64,000 nt of DNA. It comes from Gemmataceae bacterium (GTDB lineage Bacteria > Planctomycetota > Planctomycetia > Gemmatales > Gemmataceae). Under the pieces are notes generated by a model. It ran no database searches, had not been told where the DNA came from, and worked only from the letters and a program-made list of their open reading frames with translations. Made by a program: the position numbers and the translations under genes. Each line of letters begins with the position of its first letter. Within the stretch, counting starts at the first letter, position 1. Below, piece by piece: positions 41,868 to 53,558 of the stretch. The stretch lies in assembly GCA_019694755.1 (NCBI GenBank), contig JAIBBI010000008.1, forward strand, positions 1 to 64,000, written 5' to 3'.

Positions 41868-42353
41868 ATGGCTTTACTTTCTGAACCTCGCCGGGTGGCT
41901 GAGCCGGAGGCATTGCTGCCGGCCCGCGGGCGCGAAATGGACCATCTTTTTGTCTACGGCACGCTGCTGAGCGGCGTCGCCAACCCGGCCATGGCCGCTC
42001 TGATGTCACGGATGCAATACCTTGGGCCGGCCAACCTTCCCGGTCGCCTGCACGACCTGGGGCCCTACCCCGCCGTCGTGCCCGATCCGGATTGCCCGGA
42101 CCACGTTCGCGGCGAACTATACGCCCTGCCCCGCGACCCTTCGCTGCTGGCCCTGCTCGATCAGTACGAGGGGTTCTTCCCGGACCGGCCGGCCCAGAGC
42201 CTGTTCCGCCGGGTCCGCGTCGGCGTCGCCCGCACTGATGACCGTGCGGTCCATGCTTGGGTCTACGTTTGGAACCGCGACATCGGCAACGCGCCGGTCA
42301 TCGCCGAAGGCGACTACCGCCTGGCGCGCTCGGCTAACCGCAAGAGTGGCTGA
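41868..42353 (+). CDS. Gamma-glutamylcyclotransferase (AIG2/GGCT-like) family protein
   Basis: LFVYGTL motif and catalytic Glu context. Start may be ATG 41937. Confidence 0.65.
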   Translation: MALLSEPRRVAEPEALLPARGREMDHLFVYGTLLSGVANPAMAALMSRMQYLGPANLPGRLHDLGPYPAVVPDPDCPDHVRGELYALPRDPSLLALLDQYEGFFPDRPAQSLFRRVRVGVARTDDRAVHAWVYVWNRDIGNAPVIAEGDYRLARSANRKSG

Positions 42354-43634
42354 TCAGTTTTCGTCTTTGGACGTGTGGCGTTCCCGCCACATGGCAAACA
42401 ACTGCCGGACATCGCCGACGTGGTCTTCCAGCGACTTCTCGTCCCACGGGCGGTAGTTGCTGTGCGTATCGCCCAGCGACTGTACGGTCGGCGCTTCGCG
42501 ACGGACGTACGGCCCCGACACGCCCGCCAGCCAGCCGAATCGTGACGCCCAATGGTCGCCGGTCACGCGATACTTGAAAAGGTAGTAGTCGATCCAGCCG
42601 GCATCGGTCCCGGAATCGAACGAGACGACCTGCGCCAGTTCCACTTCGTCCGGAGCCCGGCTCAGCTCGCGCGGATGCACGAGCCAGTTCACCAGATCCG
42701 ACTCGGCGAGCGCGGCCTGCGTTCGAAGGCGCGTCGGATAAAGCTGGTAGCGCTCGACCTTCTGCAAGCCATCGAACAGCAGCTTCCGGCATTCGGGGCA
42801 TGCTGCGATGTCGGCGACAACCTCGGCCGGCACGTCCTGATTGTGCCGCATCAGCGACAGCACCGCGTACATCCGCAGCCGGGGGTCGGTGAACTTTTCG
42901 ACCGCGTCGCGGAGCACGGGCACGAGGCCCGGGAACGGGATGTAACCCATCAGGTCGAGCAGGACGCCCGCCTGGCCGCGGATGCGGTGGTAATCGAATT
43001 CCCACCGCCATGCCACGCCGTCGGACCGCTGGGCCGGCAGCAATCGGTCGAGCCGTTTCGCATACAGGCTCAGCAGGGCCGGCACGTGCGGCACGAGCAC
43101 GTCGCCCTCGATCTGGTGGGCCGCGACGAAGCTCAGTGCGTAATCGACGACCCCTAGCCGAAGCTTGGGCACGTCCAGGTAATTGAGCAGTTCGGGGAAC
43201 AGCACATCGGCATACTGCGGGGCATGGGCATAGAGCCCGAGCGGCAGCGAGCGGATCTTGCCCGAGCGAGCGTGTTCCCGAAGCAGGACCAGCAGCGTCC
43301 CGGCGGCCCGTTCGTCCTCAATGCGAACAAGCCGGACCAGCGCCTCGCGGCGGGCCTTCGGGTTCCAAAGGTGGAACCGCTTCTCGATGCTCGGGAGGTA
43401 TTCGGGGTACGGTACCATCAGGGCCGCACGGATCAGATCGACGGAGGTATCGTCGGTCCGTGACCGCCTCCGGGGGTAGGGCAGCGTCGAGGCCTTGAGG
43501 GCCCGCAACCCCTGCTCCGGCGACAGGCCGAGCCGACCCAGCCGGATCAGGTGACGGGCGGACCGCTCCCGCTCCCGCTCGTCCGGGCTGTGCAGCATTT
43601 CGATGATGTCGTCGAACCGCACTGCTGAGGGCAC
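42354..43634 (-). CDS. Hypothetical protein (426 aa), alpha-helical repeat-like
   Basis: Long ORF with coding-like composition; no recognisable motif. Confidence 0.45.
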   Translation of the reverse strand: MPSAVRFDDIIEMLHSPDERERERSARHLIRLGRLGLSPEQGLRALKASTLPYPRRRSRTDDTSVDLIRAALMVPYPEYLPSIEKRFHLWNPKARREALVRLVRIEDERAAGTLLVLLREHARSGKIRSLPLGLYAHAPQYADVLFPELLNYLDVPKLRLGVVDYALSFVAAHQIEGDVLVPHVPALLSLYAKRLDRLLPAQRSDGVAWRWEFDYHRIRGQAGVLLDLMGYIPFPGLVPVLRDAVEKFTDPRLRMYAVLSLMRHNQDVPAEVVADIAACPECRKLLFDGLQKVERYQLYPTRLRTQAALAESDLVNWLVHPRELSRAPDEVELAQVVSFDSGTDAGWIDYYLFKYRVTGDHWASRFGWLAGVSGPYVRREAPTVQSLGDTHSNYRPWDEKSLEDHVGDVRQLFAMWRERHTSKDEN

Positions 43635-43731
43635 GACCGCGCCTCCTTGACCGTATTTCCGCGGCCCCGATCATAACCGATACGGAGAGCAATTTCCAGC
43701 ATCTTGTTGAAATTTGTTTTTCAGGAGCCCG

Positions 43732-44142
43732 ATGCCACAACCCTGGTACGCCGCCGGCCTGGCCTTCACCTGCACCCGGTGCGGCAACTGCTGCACGGGC
43801 GCGCCGGGCTTCGTCTGGCTCTCGGATGCCGAGGTTTCCAGCCTCGCCGGGGCCTGCGGCCTTCCCGACGACCAATTCGAGCAGGTCTACACCCGGGCGG
43901 TCGGGGGCCGGATATCGTTAAGGGAGAAGGCCAACGGAGACTGCGTATTCTTTGAGTCCGGAACCGGTTGCACAGTCTACGACGCCCGACCGACCCAGTG
44001 CCGGACCTGGCCGTTCTGGGAAAAGACTGCCGGAACCCCCGAAGCCTGGGTCCGGACGCAAACCGGGTGCCCCGGCGCGGGGCACGGCACGCTGATCTCT
44101 GCCGAGGAAATCACCCGGCGGATCCGTGCGACCGGGATGTGA
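43732..44142 (+). CDS. YkgJ-family cysteine-cluster protein (UPF0153)
   Basis: CTRCGNCC...C...C pattern. AGGAG RBS 6 nt upstream. Confidence 0.6.
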   Translation: MPQPWYAAGLAFTCTRCGNCCTGAPGFVWLSDAEVSSLAGACGLPDDQFEQVYTRAVGGRISLREKANGDCVFFESGTGCTVYDARPTQCRTWPFWEKTAGTPEAWVRTQTGCPGAGHGTLISAEEITRRIRATGM

Positions 44143-44157
44143 TATGCTCCACACTCC

Positions 44158-44607
44158 ATGACCCCCGAACTCCGCGAGCAACTGCGCTCCATCTACCGCT
44201 CGGCCGACGCTGCCGTCGCCGCGGCCGGGCCGGTCTGCGAGTCGTCCGGCAAGTGCTGCCGGTTTACCGAGTACGGACATACGCTGTTCCTGAGCGCGAT
44301 CGAGGCCGAACTGCTCCTCGAAACCGCACCGGAATACGAGTCCGTCGACCGGCACGGCTGCCCGTTCCAGGTCAGCACGCTCTGCACCGCCCGGGTCGAT
44401 CGGCCCCTCGGCTGTCGGGTGTACTTCTGCGATCCGTCGTATCAGGACGCGATGCCGGAGATTCTCGAGTCGCATCTCCGGCAGATCAAGCAACTGGCCG
44501 ACGAACACGACCTGCCCTGGCGGTACGCCCCGCTGCACGAGTTTCTCGGCCAGGCGCTGGCCGAAGGCAGACCGGCCCGCGTGCCCCTGCCGGTGACGCC
44601 CCACTGA
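44158..44607 (+). CDS. YkgJ-family cysteine-cluster protein (second, diverged paralog)
   Basis: CESSGKCCRF...GCPF...LCTAR...GCRVYFCD. Confidence 0.55.
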   Translation: MTPELREQLRSIYRSADAAVAAAGPVCESSGKCCRFTEYGHTLFLSAIEAELLLETAPEYESVDRHGCPFQVSTLCTARVDRPLGCRVYFCDPSYQDAMPEILESHLRQIKQLADEHDLPWRYAPLHEFLGQALAEGRPARVPLPVTPH

Positions 44608-44625
44608 CCCACTGCGAGTCTTCCG

Positions 44626-45903
44626 ATGCGCAAACTGCTGACCGCCCTGACGACACTTGTTGCCGTGTCGGCCGCCCCAGCCGGCGACTGGCCGCAATGG
44701 CTGGGGCCGCGCCGCGACGGCTCCACCGATGAAGTTGTCCGCCCGTGGAAGGAGCCGCTCAAGGTCATCTGGCGGGTCAAGGTCGGCGAAGGGCACAGCA
44801 CGCCGGTCGTCGTCGGCGATCAGGTCATCCTCCACGCTGCCGGCGGCCCGGGCGTCGACGACGAACCGGCCGTGAAGGCCAAACTGGAATACGTGACGGC
44901 CTTCGCCGCGAAAGACGGCGCGGTCCGCTGGGTCGGGCGGATGGACAAAAAGCCGTTCCAGAGTCAGTTCGGCAACGGCCCGCGAGCGACCCCGGCCGTC
45001 GCGGGCGGGCAGGTGTTCGCGCTCGGCGTCACCGGCACATTGGCCGCGTTCGACCTGAACAACGGCAAACTTACGGCCGATCAGGTCGATCTCATCGACG
45101 AGACCAAGGCCCGCGTGCCGTACTTCGGGGTCTCGACATCGCCGCTCGTGGTCGGCGACAACGTGTGGGTGATGGCCGGCGGCACCGAGGCCGGGCTGAC
45201 CGCGCGAAATGTCAAGACATTGAAACCCGTCTCCAAGTCGCTCGCCGACGCTGCCAGCTATTCCGCACCGATCCTCACCTCGGCCGGCGGAAAGGAACAG
45301 ATCGTCGCCCTGACGGCCGACGCGGTGTACGGCATCCCGACGGCCGGGGGCGACCCGTTCTGGAAGTTCCGCTTCACGGACCTGCTCAGCGAAAGCTCCG
45401 CGACGCCGATCCGCTCCGGCGACCTGCTCATTGCCAGCTCCGTAACCCTCGGTAGCGTCGCGCTGAGGCTCGGCGAGAAGGACGGCAAGCCGACCGCGAC
45501 CGAGGCTTGGCGCAACTCGGCACTCTCCTGCTACTTCTCGACGCCCGTATCTGTCGGTAAAGAAATCTACCTGGTCACCGGCCAGCTGATCCCGCCGCCC
45601 ATCGCCACGCTCTACTGCGTCGACGCGGAGACCGGCAAGGTACTGTGGAAGAAGCCGGGCGTCGGCAAATACGGGGCGACGCTGGTGAAAACGGGCGACG
45701 GCAAGCTTCTGATGCTGGAAGAATCCGGCGATCTGGTCTTGATCGAGCCGGGCCGGGACAAGTATGTCGAGCTAGCGCGTTCCAAGGTCTGCGGCGAGAC
45801 GTGGGCCCATTTTGCCGTGTCCGGCAGCCGGGCGTTCCTCCGCGACCGTCAGGAACTGATCTGCGTCGAGTTGCCGGGCCCGAGTTCCATTGCAACTCCG
45901 TGA
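44626..45903 (+). CDS. PQQ-like beta-propeller repeat protein (BamB-like), secreted
   Basis: Signal peptide; DWPQWLGPRRDG start of propeller; repeated G-hydrophobic blades. Confidence 0.65.
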   Translation: MRKLLTALTTLVAVSAAPAGDWPQWLGPRRDGSTDEVVRPWKEPLKVIWRVKVGEGHSTPVVVGDQVILHAAGGPGVDDEPAVKAKLEYVTAFAAKDGAVRWVGRMDKKPFQSQFGNGPRATPAVAGGQVFALGVTGTLAAFDLNNGKLTADQVDLIDETKARVPYFGVSTSPLVVGDNVWVMAGGTEAGLTARNVKTLKPVSKSLADAASYSAPILTSAGGKEQIVALTADAVYGIPTAGGDPFWKFRFTDLLSESSATPIRSGDLLIASSVTLGSVALRLGEKDGKPTATEAWRNSALSCYFSTPVSVGKEIYLVTGQLIPPPIATLYCVDAETGKVLWKKPGVGKYGATLVKTGDGKLLMLEESGDLVLIEPGRDKYVELARSKVCGETWAHFAVSGSRAFLRDRQELICVELPGPSSIATP

Positions 45904-45995
45904 CACCGGCCGCGTATGATAGTGAGGGCGCGGCACCAGGGTTCCACGGGACCCCGGGGCTGCCTGATCCTTTGTTCACTCACCGGAGCGTGTCC

Positions 45996-47441
<1,446 letters not shown>

Positions 47442-47513
47442 TGTCGTCGGCACGGGCCATTTTCTGCCGCAACCTGCGTTGAAGGCCGGGCGTGCGGCGG
47501 GTAAACCGACTGC

Positions 47514-49535
47514 ATGACCCCGGCCCACCGAATTGCCGAGCTGTGCGAGAGCATCCGCCGGCACGACCACCTCTATTACGTCGAAGCCCGGCCCGAAATC
47601 TCGGACCGCGATTACGACCGGCTCCTCGACGAACTCAAAAAGCTCGAAGCCGACCACCCCGATCTGGTCACGCCTGACAGCCCGACCCAGCGGGTCGGCG
47701 GCGCGCCGATTGCCGGGTTCGTCACCGTCGTGCATCGCGTGCCGATGCTTTCCATCGACAACACCTACGACGCTGCCGAACTCCGCGAGTTCGACGCCCG
47801 GGTGCGAAAGCTCCTGCCCGGCGAACCGGTCCGCTACGTCGTCGAGCCGAAGATCGACGGCGTGGCCATGTCACTGACGTACGAGAATGGCCTGCTGACC
47901 GTCGGGGCGACCCGTGGCGACGGCGAGCGCGGCGACGACGTCACGCACAACCTGCGCACGATCCCCGGCATCCCCCTCCGCCTGCACGGCGATCACCCCC
48001 CGGCCCTGTTCGAGGCTCGCGGCGAAGTGTACATGAACCGCGCAGAGTTGGAGCGGACCAACGTCGGACGGCTGGCTGCGGGCGAAGAGCCGTACGCCAA
48101 CCCGCGGAACCTCACGGCCGGGACGCTCAAGCTGCTCGACCCCCGCCTCTGTGCCGAGCGCCGGCTCAGCTTCTTCGCCTACGGCTCCGGAGCGATCGAC
48201 GGGATCAGCCCGGCCACGCACCGGGAGTTGCTCGACCTGCTCCGCGCTTTCGGCTTCCCGGTCAACACACACATCGTGAGCTTTGAATCGATCGACGATG
48301 TCGTGAGCTACTGCACCCAATGGGCCGACGAGCGGCACAAGCTGCCGTACGACACCGACGGGCTGGTCATCAAGGTCGACGATCTCGCCCAGCGCGAGAA
48401 GCTGGGCGTCCGCAGCAAGTCGCCGCGTTGGGTCGTGGCATACAAGTTCGCGGCCGAGCAGGCGACGACCCGCCTGCGGGCCATCGACGTGCAGGTCGGA
48501 AAGACGGGCAAACTGACACCGGTCGCCCGGCTCGACCCGGTCCGGCTCGCGGGCACGACCGTCAGCAACGCCTCGCTGCACAACGCCCAGGAAATCAAAC
48601 GCAAGGACATCCGGGCGGGCGACCTCGTCGTCGTCGAAAAGGCCGGGGAGATCATCCCGTACGTCGTTCGCAGCGAACCGGACGCCCGCACCGGTGCCGA
48701 GGCGGTCTTCGAGTTCCCAAAGGCCTGCCCCGTGTGCGGCGGCTCGGTCGAACCCGACGAGGGCGAGGTCTTCTACTACTGCACCAACCCCGCCTGCCCG
48801 GCCCAGCTCAAGGAACGGCTCCGCTACTTCGCCACACGCAATGCGATGGACATCGAGGGGCTCGGCGAAGGCGTCGTCGAGCAACTCGTCGATACCGGCC
48901 TGGTCGGCTCCATCCCCGACCTGTTCCGGCTCGAGGTGGACAAGATCACCGACTTGCAACTCAAGGGCGAGAAGGCGACCCGCAAGCTCGGCGCGAAGAA
49001 TGCCAAGACGCTGATCGACGGCATCCGCACGAGCAAGGACCGCGGGCTGACCCGACTGCTGACCGGCCTCGGCATCCGGCACGTCGGCGAGCATGTAGCC
49101 GACCTTCTGGCCCAGCGGTTCGGCTCGGCCGCGGGGTTGCTAGCCGCCACGGCGGAACAACTCGCGGGGGTCGAGGGCATCGGCCCCCAGAGGGCCGGCG
49201 CAATCCACGCCTTCTTCCAGTCCGACAGTGGCCGGGCCCTGATCGCGGAGTTGGAATCGCTCGGTGTGAAGCTGACCGAGGACCAGCGGGTGGTGCCGGC
49301 ATCGAGCGGCCTGAGCGGCAAGACGGTCGTCGTCACCGGCACGCTGACGAAGTTCTCCCGCGACGAGGCGGAAGCAATGGTCCGCGCCGCGGGCGGCCAC
49401 CCGGCCGGCAGCGTGTCAAAGAAGACCGACTACCTCATCGCCGGCGAAAAAGCCGGCAGCAAACTGGAAAAAGCCCGCAGCCTCGGCATCCCGGTGCTGA
49501 CGGAGGAGGAGTTTGAAAAGCTACTCGGGACGTGA
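47514..49535 (+). CDS. ligA: NAD-dependent DNA ligase LigA
   Basis: KIDGVAM (adenylation Lys), zinc finger CPVCGG...C, HhH and C-terminal BRCT. Confidence 0.95.
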   Translation: MTPAHRIAELCESIRRHDHLYYVEARPEISDRDYDRLLDELKKLEADHPDLVTPDSPTQRVGGAPIAGFVTVVHRVPMLSIDNTYDAAELREFDARVRKLLPGEPVRYVVEPKIDGVAMSLTYENGLLTVGATRGDGERGDDVTHNLRTIPGIPLRLHGDHPPALFEARGEVYMNRAELERTNVGRLAAGEEPYANPRNLTAGTLKLLDPRLCAERRLSFFAYGSGAIDGISPATHRELLDLLRAFGFPVNTHIVSFESIDDVVSYCTQWADERHKLPYDTDGLVIKVDDLAQREKLGVRSKSPRWVVAYKFAAEQATTRLRAIDVQVGKTGKLTPVARLDPVRLAGTTVSNASLHNAQEIKRKDIRAGDLVVVEKAGEIIPYVVRSEPDARTGAEAVFEFPKACPVCGGSVEPDEGEVFYYCTNPACPAQLKERLRYFATRNAMDIEGLGEGVVEQLVDTGLVGSIPDLFRLEVDKITDLQLKGEKATRKLGAKNAKTLIDGIRTSKDRGLTRLLTGLGIRHVGEHVADLLAQRFGSAAGLLAATAEQLAGVEGIGPQRAGAIHAFFQSDSGRALIAELESLGVKLTEDQRVVPASSGLSGKTVVVTGTLTKFSRDEAEAMVRAAGGHPAGSVSKKTDYLIAGEKAGSKLEKARSLGIPVLTEEEFEKLLGT

Positions 49536-49578
49536 TTGACTACTGCTGCCATGCGTGGCCGGAGGTGCAATTACGACC

Positions 49579-50505
49579 TCACGGTGCAAACGCACCCGTC
49601 CGTTGCATGCCCGAGGGTTGGCCGTCGAGGGATCGCCGGGCGAGGTCGTACGACGGCAGGTCGCGGAGCGACTCGCGGCGGAAGATGTCCGGGTTCCGCT
49701 GGGTGATGGCCGTGGTGGGGTAGACCCGCATGCCGTTGAGCTTTAGCTCCATTTCCAGCTTCTGTTGCGGCCACTTCAGCACGACGTGCGACGGCACGGT
49801 CGCGCCGACGCCGGTGTCCCGCTTTACGCTCATCACCTCGGCGATGGCGACCACCTGGCCGCGGTCGTCAAGCAGGCGATGCTCCTTGATCTGCGGTTCG
49901 CTTCCGTAGGTGGTCCCGGCCCGGAACACCGTGACTTTCGTCACCGGCTTGCCAGTCGACGACGTGGCCTTCTCGGAAAGCTCAAATTTGTCGCCCTTGC
50001 GCTCCACGCGGAAGTTGTCGGCCGGCGCGTTCAGCGAGGCCATGCCGAGGCATTCCAGTACCCAATCGGGCTGGAACGGGAACGGCAGGTTCACGTCGCC
50101 GCGGGCGAGGTCGTTGTAATTGCAGTGGTACAGGTACGGCGGATTGTCCTGGCTCACCCAGTACCAGAATTCGTTGCTGTTCGAGCCGAAGTCGGCGACC
50201 GGCTTGCCGACCGCTTTGGCCCGCAGCCGGAAGTTCTTCGGTTTTTCGCAGTAGAGCGTACCACTCAGGCCGCCGCCCTGTGAGCCGGCCTTCACTTCGA
50301 GTGCAAGGTCGGTCGCCTCGACGGCTTCCACACGGGCGGCGTTCGAGTTGACGAACGAAATCAGGTTCTGCGGCGATGGCGTCTGCGACGCGACCGGGCC
50401 GACCGTGCTCTTGCCCTCGCGCGACCCGCTCAGGCTGGCGCAGCCGACCGCAGCGGTCATCATCAGGGAGACGGCAGTGGCACGAGCGATGGACATGCAC
50501 TTCAT
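49579..50505 (-). CDS. Putative lipoprotein (hypothetical)
   Basis: Lipobox ...MMTAAVGCAS. Start at 50505 or 50496 (AAGGA RBS). Confidence 0.5.
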   Translation of the reverse strand: MKCMSIARATAVSLMMTAAVGCASLSGSREGKSTVGPVASQTPSPQNLISFVNSNAARVEAVEATDLALEVKAGSQGGGLSGTLYCEKPKNFRLRAKAVGKPVADFGSNSNEFWYWVSQDNPPYLYHCNYNDLARGDVNLPFPFQPDWVLECLGMASLNAPADNFRVERKGDKFELSEKATSSTGKPVTKVTVFRAGTTYGSEPQIKEHRLLDDRGQVVAIAEVMSVKRDTGVGATVPSHVVLKWPQQKLEMELKLNGMRVYPTTAITQRNPDIFRRESLRDLPSYDLARRSLDGQPSGMQRTGAFAP

Positions 50506-50518
50506 CCTTGGCCCGAGG

Positions 50519-50998
50519 TCAATCCCACCCGAACAGCCGAAACACTTCGTCCTGGGCATCTTGAAGGTCGGCGGTCGTCAGTTTCGGATCTCTCACCTCG
50601 ATCGTCTGGCCGCCTTTGGTGTCTCGAAACACCATCAGGTCACCCAGCGCATCGGACTTTTCGCCTTCCAGTCGGAGTCGCTTCCGCCGCATCAGCAAGA
50701 GCGCTAGCACATACCGGAAGCTCGCCTTGCCCGCGTCCGCCTCGAGCCGGTTCAGGCATTCGAGGCACATCTCGTCGTCGAACACCGGCTTCGGCGGGCC
50801 GTCGGTCGCCGGGACCTTCCCCGCCCAGAACGCGATGGCACGGTCCGGCGGGCCGGGCCAGGCGTCGGCCGCGTAATCGTGCCGGACAAGGCTCGTGCCC
50901 TGCTCCACCAGCACGCCGAAGAACTTCTCTCCGGTCTTCAGTTCCCGGCCCGTCGCGAAGCAGCGGCGGGTCGGCGCCTGGAGTGCGAAGTCAGACAC
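50519..50998 (-). CDS. Hypothetical protein (159 aa)
   Basis: GTG start with GGAGGA 4 nt upstream; TACAAT -10-like upstream. Confidence 0.45.
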   Translation of the reverse strand: MSDFALQAPTRRCFATGRELKTGEKFFGVLVEQGTSLVRHDYAADAWPGPPDRAIAFWAGKVPATDGPPKPVFDDEMCLECLNRLEADAGKASFRYVLALLLMRRKRLRLEGEKSDALGDLMVFRDTKGGQTIEVRDPKLTTADLQDAQDEVFRLFGWD

Positions 50999-51199
50999 TC
51001 ACTCCTCCAGTATTGTACCCCATCGTACCCCGGCATCGGACGGGCAGAACAGGGCGATTTGCCGGATTCTTCGGCCGGCGGGCTGCCGCCGGCGTGCGCG
51101 ATTTGCCCAGCTTCACCCGGTGCAACTCTTACAATCGGCCGCATACCCCGCCCGACCCGGTTTCGCAAGCCGAAGATGCCCGGAAACCGGAACACCGTT

Positions 51200-51928
51200 C
51201 TACGAAGCGACCCGGGAAATCTGCCGCACCGCCCGCGGGTCAAAACGCAACTTCTCGCCATTCTTCGACAGGACGACCGCGTCGAAGGTCAGCCGGTCCA
51301 GCGTCCCTTCGACCACGGCATGGTCGGCCAATTCGACCCGCACTCGCGAGCCGACGACTGCAAACAGGTCGGCCCACTCGCGCTGGACCTCGGCGGGCCG
51401 GCTACCAAGCTCCTCAAAGCACCGGTCGAGTTCATCGAGCAGGCGCTCCGCAACTTCGTCGATGTTCCACTCGTGCCCCGTCAACGATCGAAACGAACCG
51501 GCATCGGGCAGTCCGGCGTCGGTCAGTTGCTCGGCCGACGGATTGACGTTCAGCCCGATCCCGACAATGAGTCGGCCGCGCTGCTCGATCAGTATGCCGG
51601 CCACCTTCTTCCCCGCGACGAAGACATCGTTCGGCCATTTGGCGACCGGAGCCAGCCCGGCGAGAGACTTGCACACGCGAGCCACGCCCATCGCAGCCCA
51701 ACCGGTCGCCACGGCCGGGCGGTCGAGCGAGTCTGGCAGCTCCACCACGGCCGAGAGCCAGACTCCCGCGCCGGCCGGCGAAGTCCACGTCCTACCGTAC
51801 TGCCCCCGCCCCGCGGTCTGACACCGGGCGATGACCGCACTGCCCACCGGCAGGCGTGCCGCCTCATCGTTCGTGCTGGCCACCGCATCGAACCGAACGA
51901 CGTGAACCCCGACGTGCCGTCGCGTCAT
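51200..51928 (-). CDS. birA: Biotin--[acetyl-CoA-carboxylase] ligase BirA (ligase-only form)
   Basis: GRGQYGRTW (GRGRxGRxW) motif, KWPNDV. No N-terminal HTH. Confidence 0.8.
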   Translation of the reverse strand: MTRRHVGVHVVRFDAVASTNDEAARLPVGSAVIARCQTAGRGQYGRTWTSPAGAGVWLSAVVELPDSLDRPAVATGWAAMGVARVCKSLAGLAPVAKWPNDVFVAGKKVAGILIEQRGRLIVGIGLNVNPSAEQLTDAGLPDAGSFRSLTGHEWNIDEVAERLLDELDRCFEELGSRPAEVQREWADLFAVVGSRVRVELADHAVVEGTLDRLTFDAVVLSKNGEKLRFDPRAVRQISRVAS

Positions 51929-52803
51929 GTCCGCGCCCCGGCCGAGTAGTCGAGTGCGATGTCCAGCGCGGGTGCGGAATGCGTGAGAGCGCCGACGCTG
52001 ATCCGGTCAATTCCCGTCGCCGCGATCGCGGGCACGGTCACCAGCGTGATGCCGCCGGACGCTTCGAGCAGAGTCTTCGGGGCGACGTCATTCCGTCGGG
52101 CAACGCACTTTGCCATGAGCTCTACGGTCATGTTGTCGAGCAACACAAACTCGGGCCGGCAGGAGAGAGCGACTTCGAACTGGTCCCACGAATCGACTTC
52201 GACCTCGATCGGTAGGCCCGGCGCGTGCTGCCGGGCGGCCGTCACGGCCTTTGCCACCGCGTCAGGCCCGCCGCCGAGCGCGGCCAGGTGGTTGTCCTTG
52301 ATAAGGATCGCGTCATCGAGTCCGCGGCGGTGATTGACCCCGCCGCCACAGCGCACGGCGTACTTCTCCAGCAGGCGGTAGCCGGGCGTGGTCTTACGTG
52401 TGTCGAGGATCTTTGAGCGATCAGCCGCGGCCTCGACGTACCGCCGGGTCACCGTTGCAACGCCGGAGAGCCGTTGGAGGAAGTTCAGCGCGGTTCGCTC
52501 GGCCGCGAGCAGCGACCGCATCGGCCCGGATACCACGGCAATCACCGAGCGCGGCGCGACCGCTGTACCGTCAGCAACGCGCGGCTCGAATCGCAGCTTC
52601 GGATCGACAGCCCGGCACACAAGCCCGGCGACTGACAGCCCGGCAATCACGCCTGCGGCCCGGGCGACGAAATCGGCCGCCCCGACCGCGTCGGCCGGGA
52701 TGGTGGCCTGCGCCGTCACGTCGCCACGCGTACCCAAGTCCTCATCCAGCGCGAGTGTGACAAGTTTCTCGGCCGCCCGGGTTTCATCGTCGGTGAACTT
52801 CAT
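51925..52803 (-). CDS. nadC: Nicotinate-nucleotide pyrophosphorylase [carboxylating] (quinolinate phosphoribosyltransferase) NadC
   Basis: Full-length QPRTase pattern (...ILDTRKTTPG...LLDNM...SGGI...). 4-nt overlap with birA. Confidence 0.9.
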   Translation of the reverse strand: MKFTDDETRAAEKLVTLALDEDLGTRGDVTAQATIPADAVGAADFVARAAGVIAGLSVAGLVCRAVDPKLRFEPRVADGTAVAPRSVIAVVSGPMRSLLAAERTALNFLQRLSGVATVTRRYVEAAADRSKILDTRKTTPGYRLLEKYAVRCGGGVNHRRGLDDAILIKDNHLAALGGGPDAVAKAVTAARQHAPGLPIEVEVDSWDQFEVALSCRPEFVLLDNMTVELMAKCVARRNDVAPKTLLEASGGITLVTVPAIAATGIDRISVGALTHSAPALDIALDYSAGART

Positions 52804-52824
52804 GGAGATTCCTGTGCAGTGACT

Positions 52825-53520
52825 CTATCGCGCGAGCCGCCGGCCGGGCCACACCGACACTGCCGACCCCTCGGCGACAAACACCGAGAGCGGCGGCCGG
52901 GCCAGCGCGGGGGCGAAGTCGGCTCCATAGTACCGCCCAACGTCGCCACGCAGCCAATACTCCGTCGCGGGCCAAATGCGCCACGGCGGATGGTCAACCC
53001 GGTATTCGACGGTGCCACCATCGCGTTGGCGGGCGTAACCGTAGTAATGCTCGGCAATGAACTCTTCTTCCGATCCCGGGATCAATTCCGTAGGTGCGCC
53101 GGTCGTGGTCGCACCGACGGCGCAATCCGCCCAGCGGTACTCGCAGCGATTCGGCTCAATGGAGGAGCTCATCGTTTCGCAGACGTAGTTCTCGTTGTAC
53201 ACCCAGCGGGCAATAGCTGCGATGGCCCGCCGAGGCACGACCTCACGAATGAACACGACGCCGCGCCGGACTTCGTCGCCCTCCATTCTCCGAACGTAGA
53301 ACCGGAGGTTGACCTCGTCGAAGTCCTGATGAAACGGGATCGGGATGCCGAGCACCCGGGTCCCGCGCATGACAAAGCCGACGATGCTGACGTAACAGCG
53401 GCCCCGCCATGTATCCAACTCGACTCCGGCGGGCGTTAGCGGACGAAGGATCGCCGGGTCGATCTCGAAATTGAGCATCACGAGATGCCGCCACTGGGCC
53501 GTGAGAAACGGTCGGGCCAT
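52825..53520 (-). CDS. DUF2071 (YqjF-like) family protein
   Basis: FLTAQWRHLVMLNFEIDPAIL N-terminus characteristic of DUF2071. Confidence 0.6.
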   Translation of the reverse strand: MARPFLTAQWRHLVMLNFEIDPAILRPLTPAGVELDTWRGRCYVSIVGFVMRGTRVLGIPIPFHQDFDEVNLRFYVRRMEGDEVRRGVVFIREVVPRRAIAAIARWVYNENYVCETMSSSIEPNRCEYRWADCAVGATTTGAPTELIPGSEEEFIAEHYYGYARQRDGGTVEYRVDHPPWRIWPATEYWLRGDVGRYYGADFAPALARPPLSVFVAEGSAVSVWPGRRLAR

Positions 53521-53558
53521 GGGATCAGACCCCGCGGACCTTGGTCGAGGGAGAAATC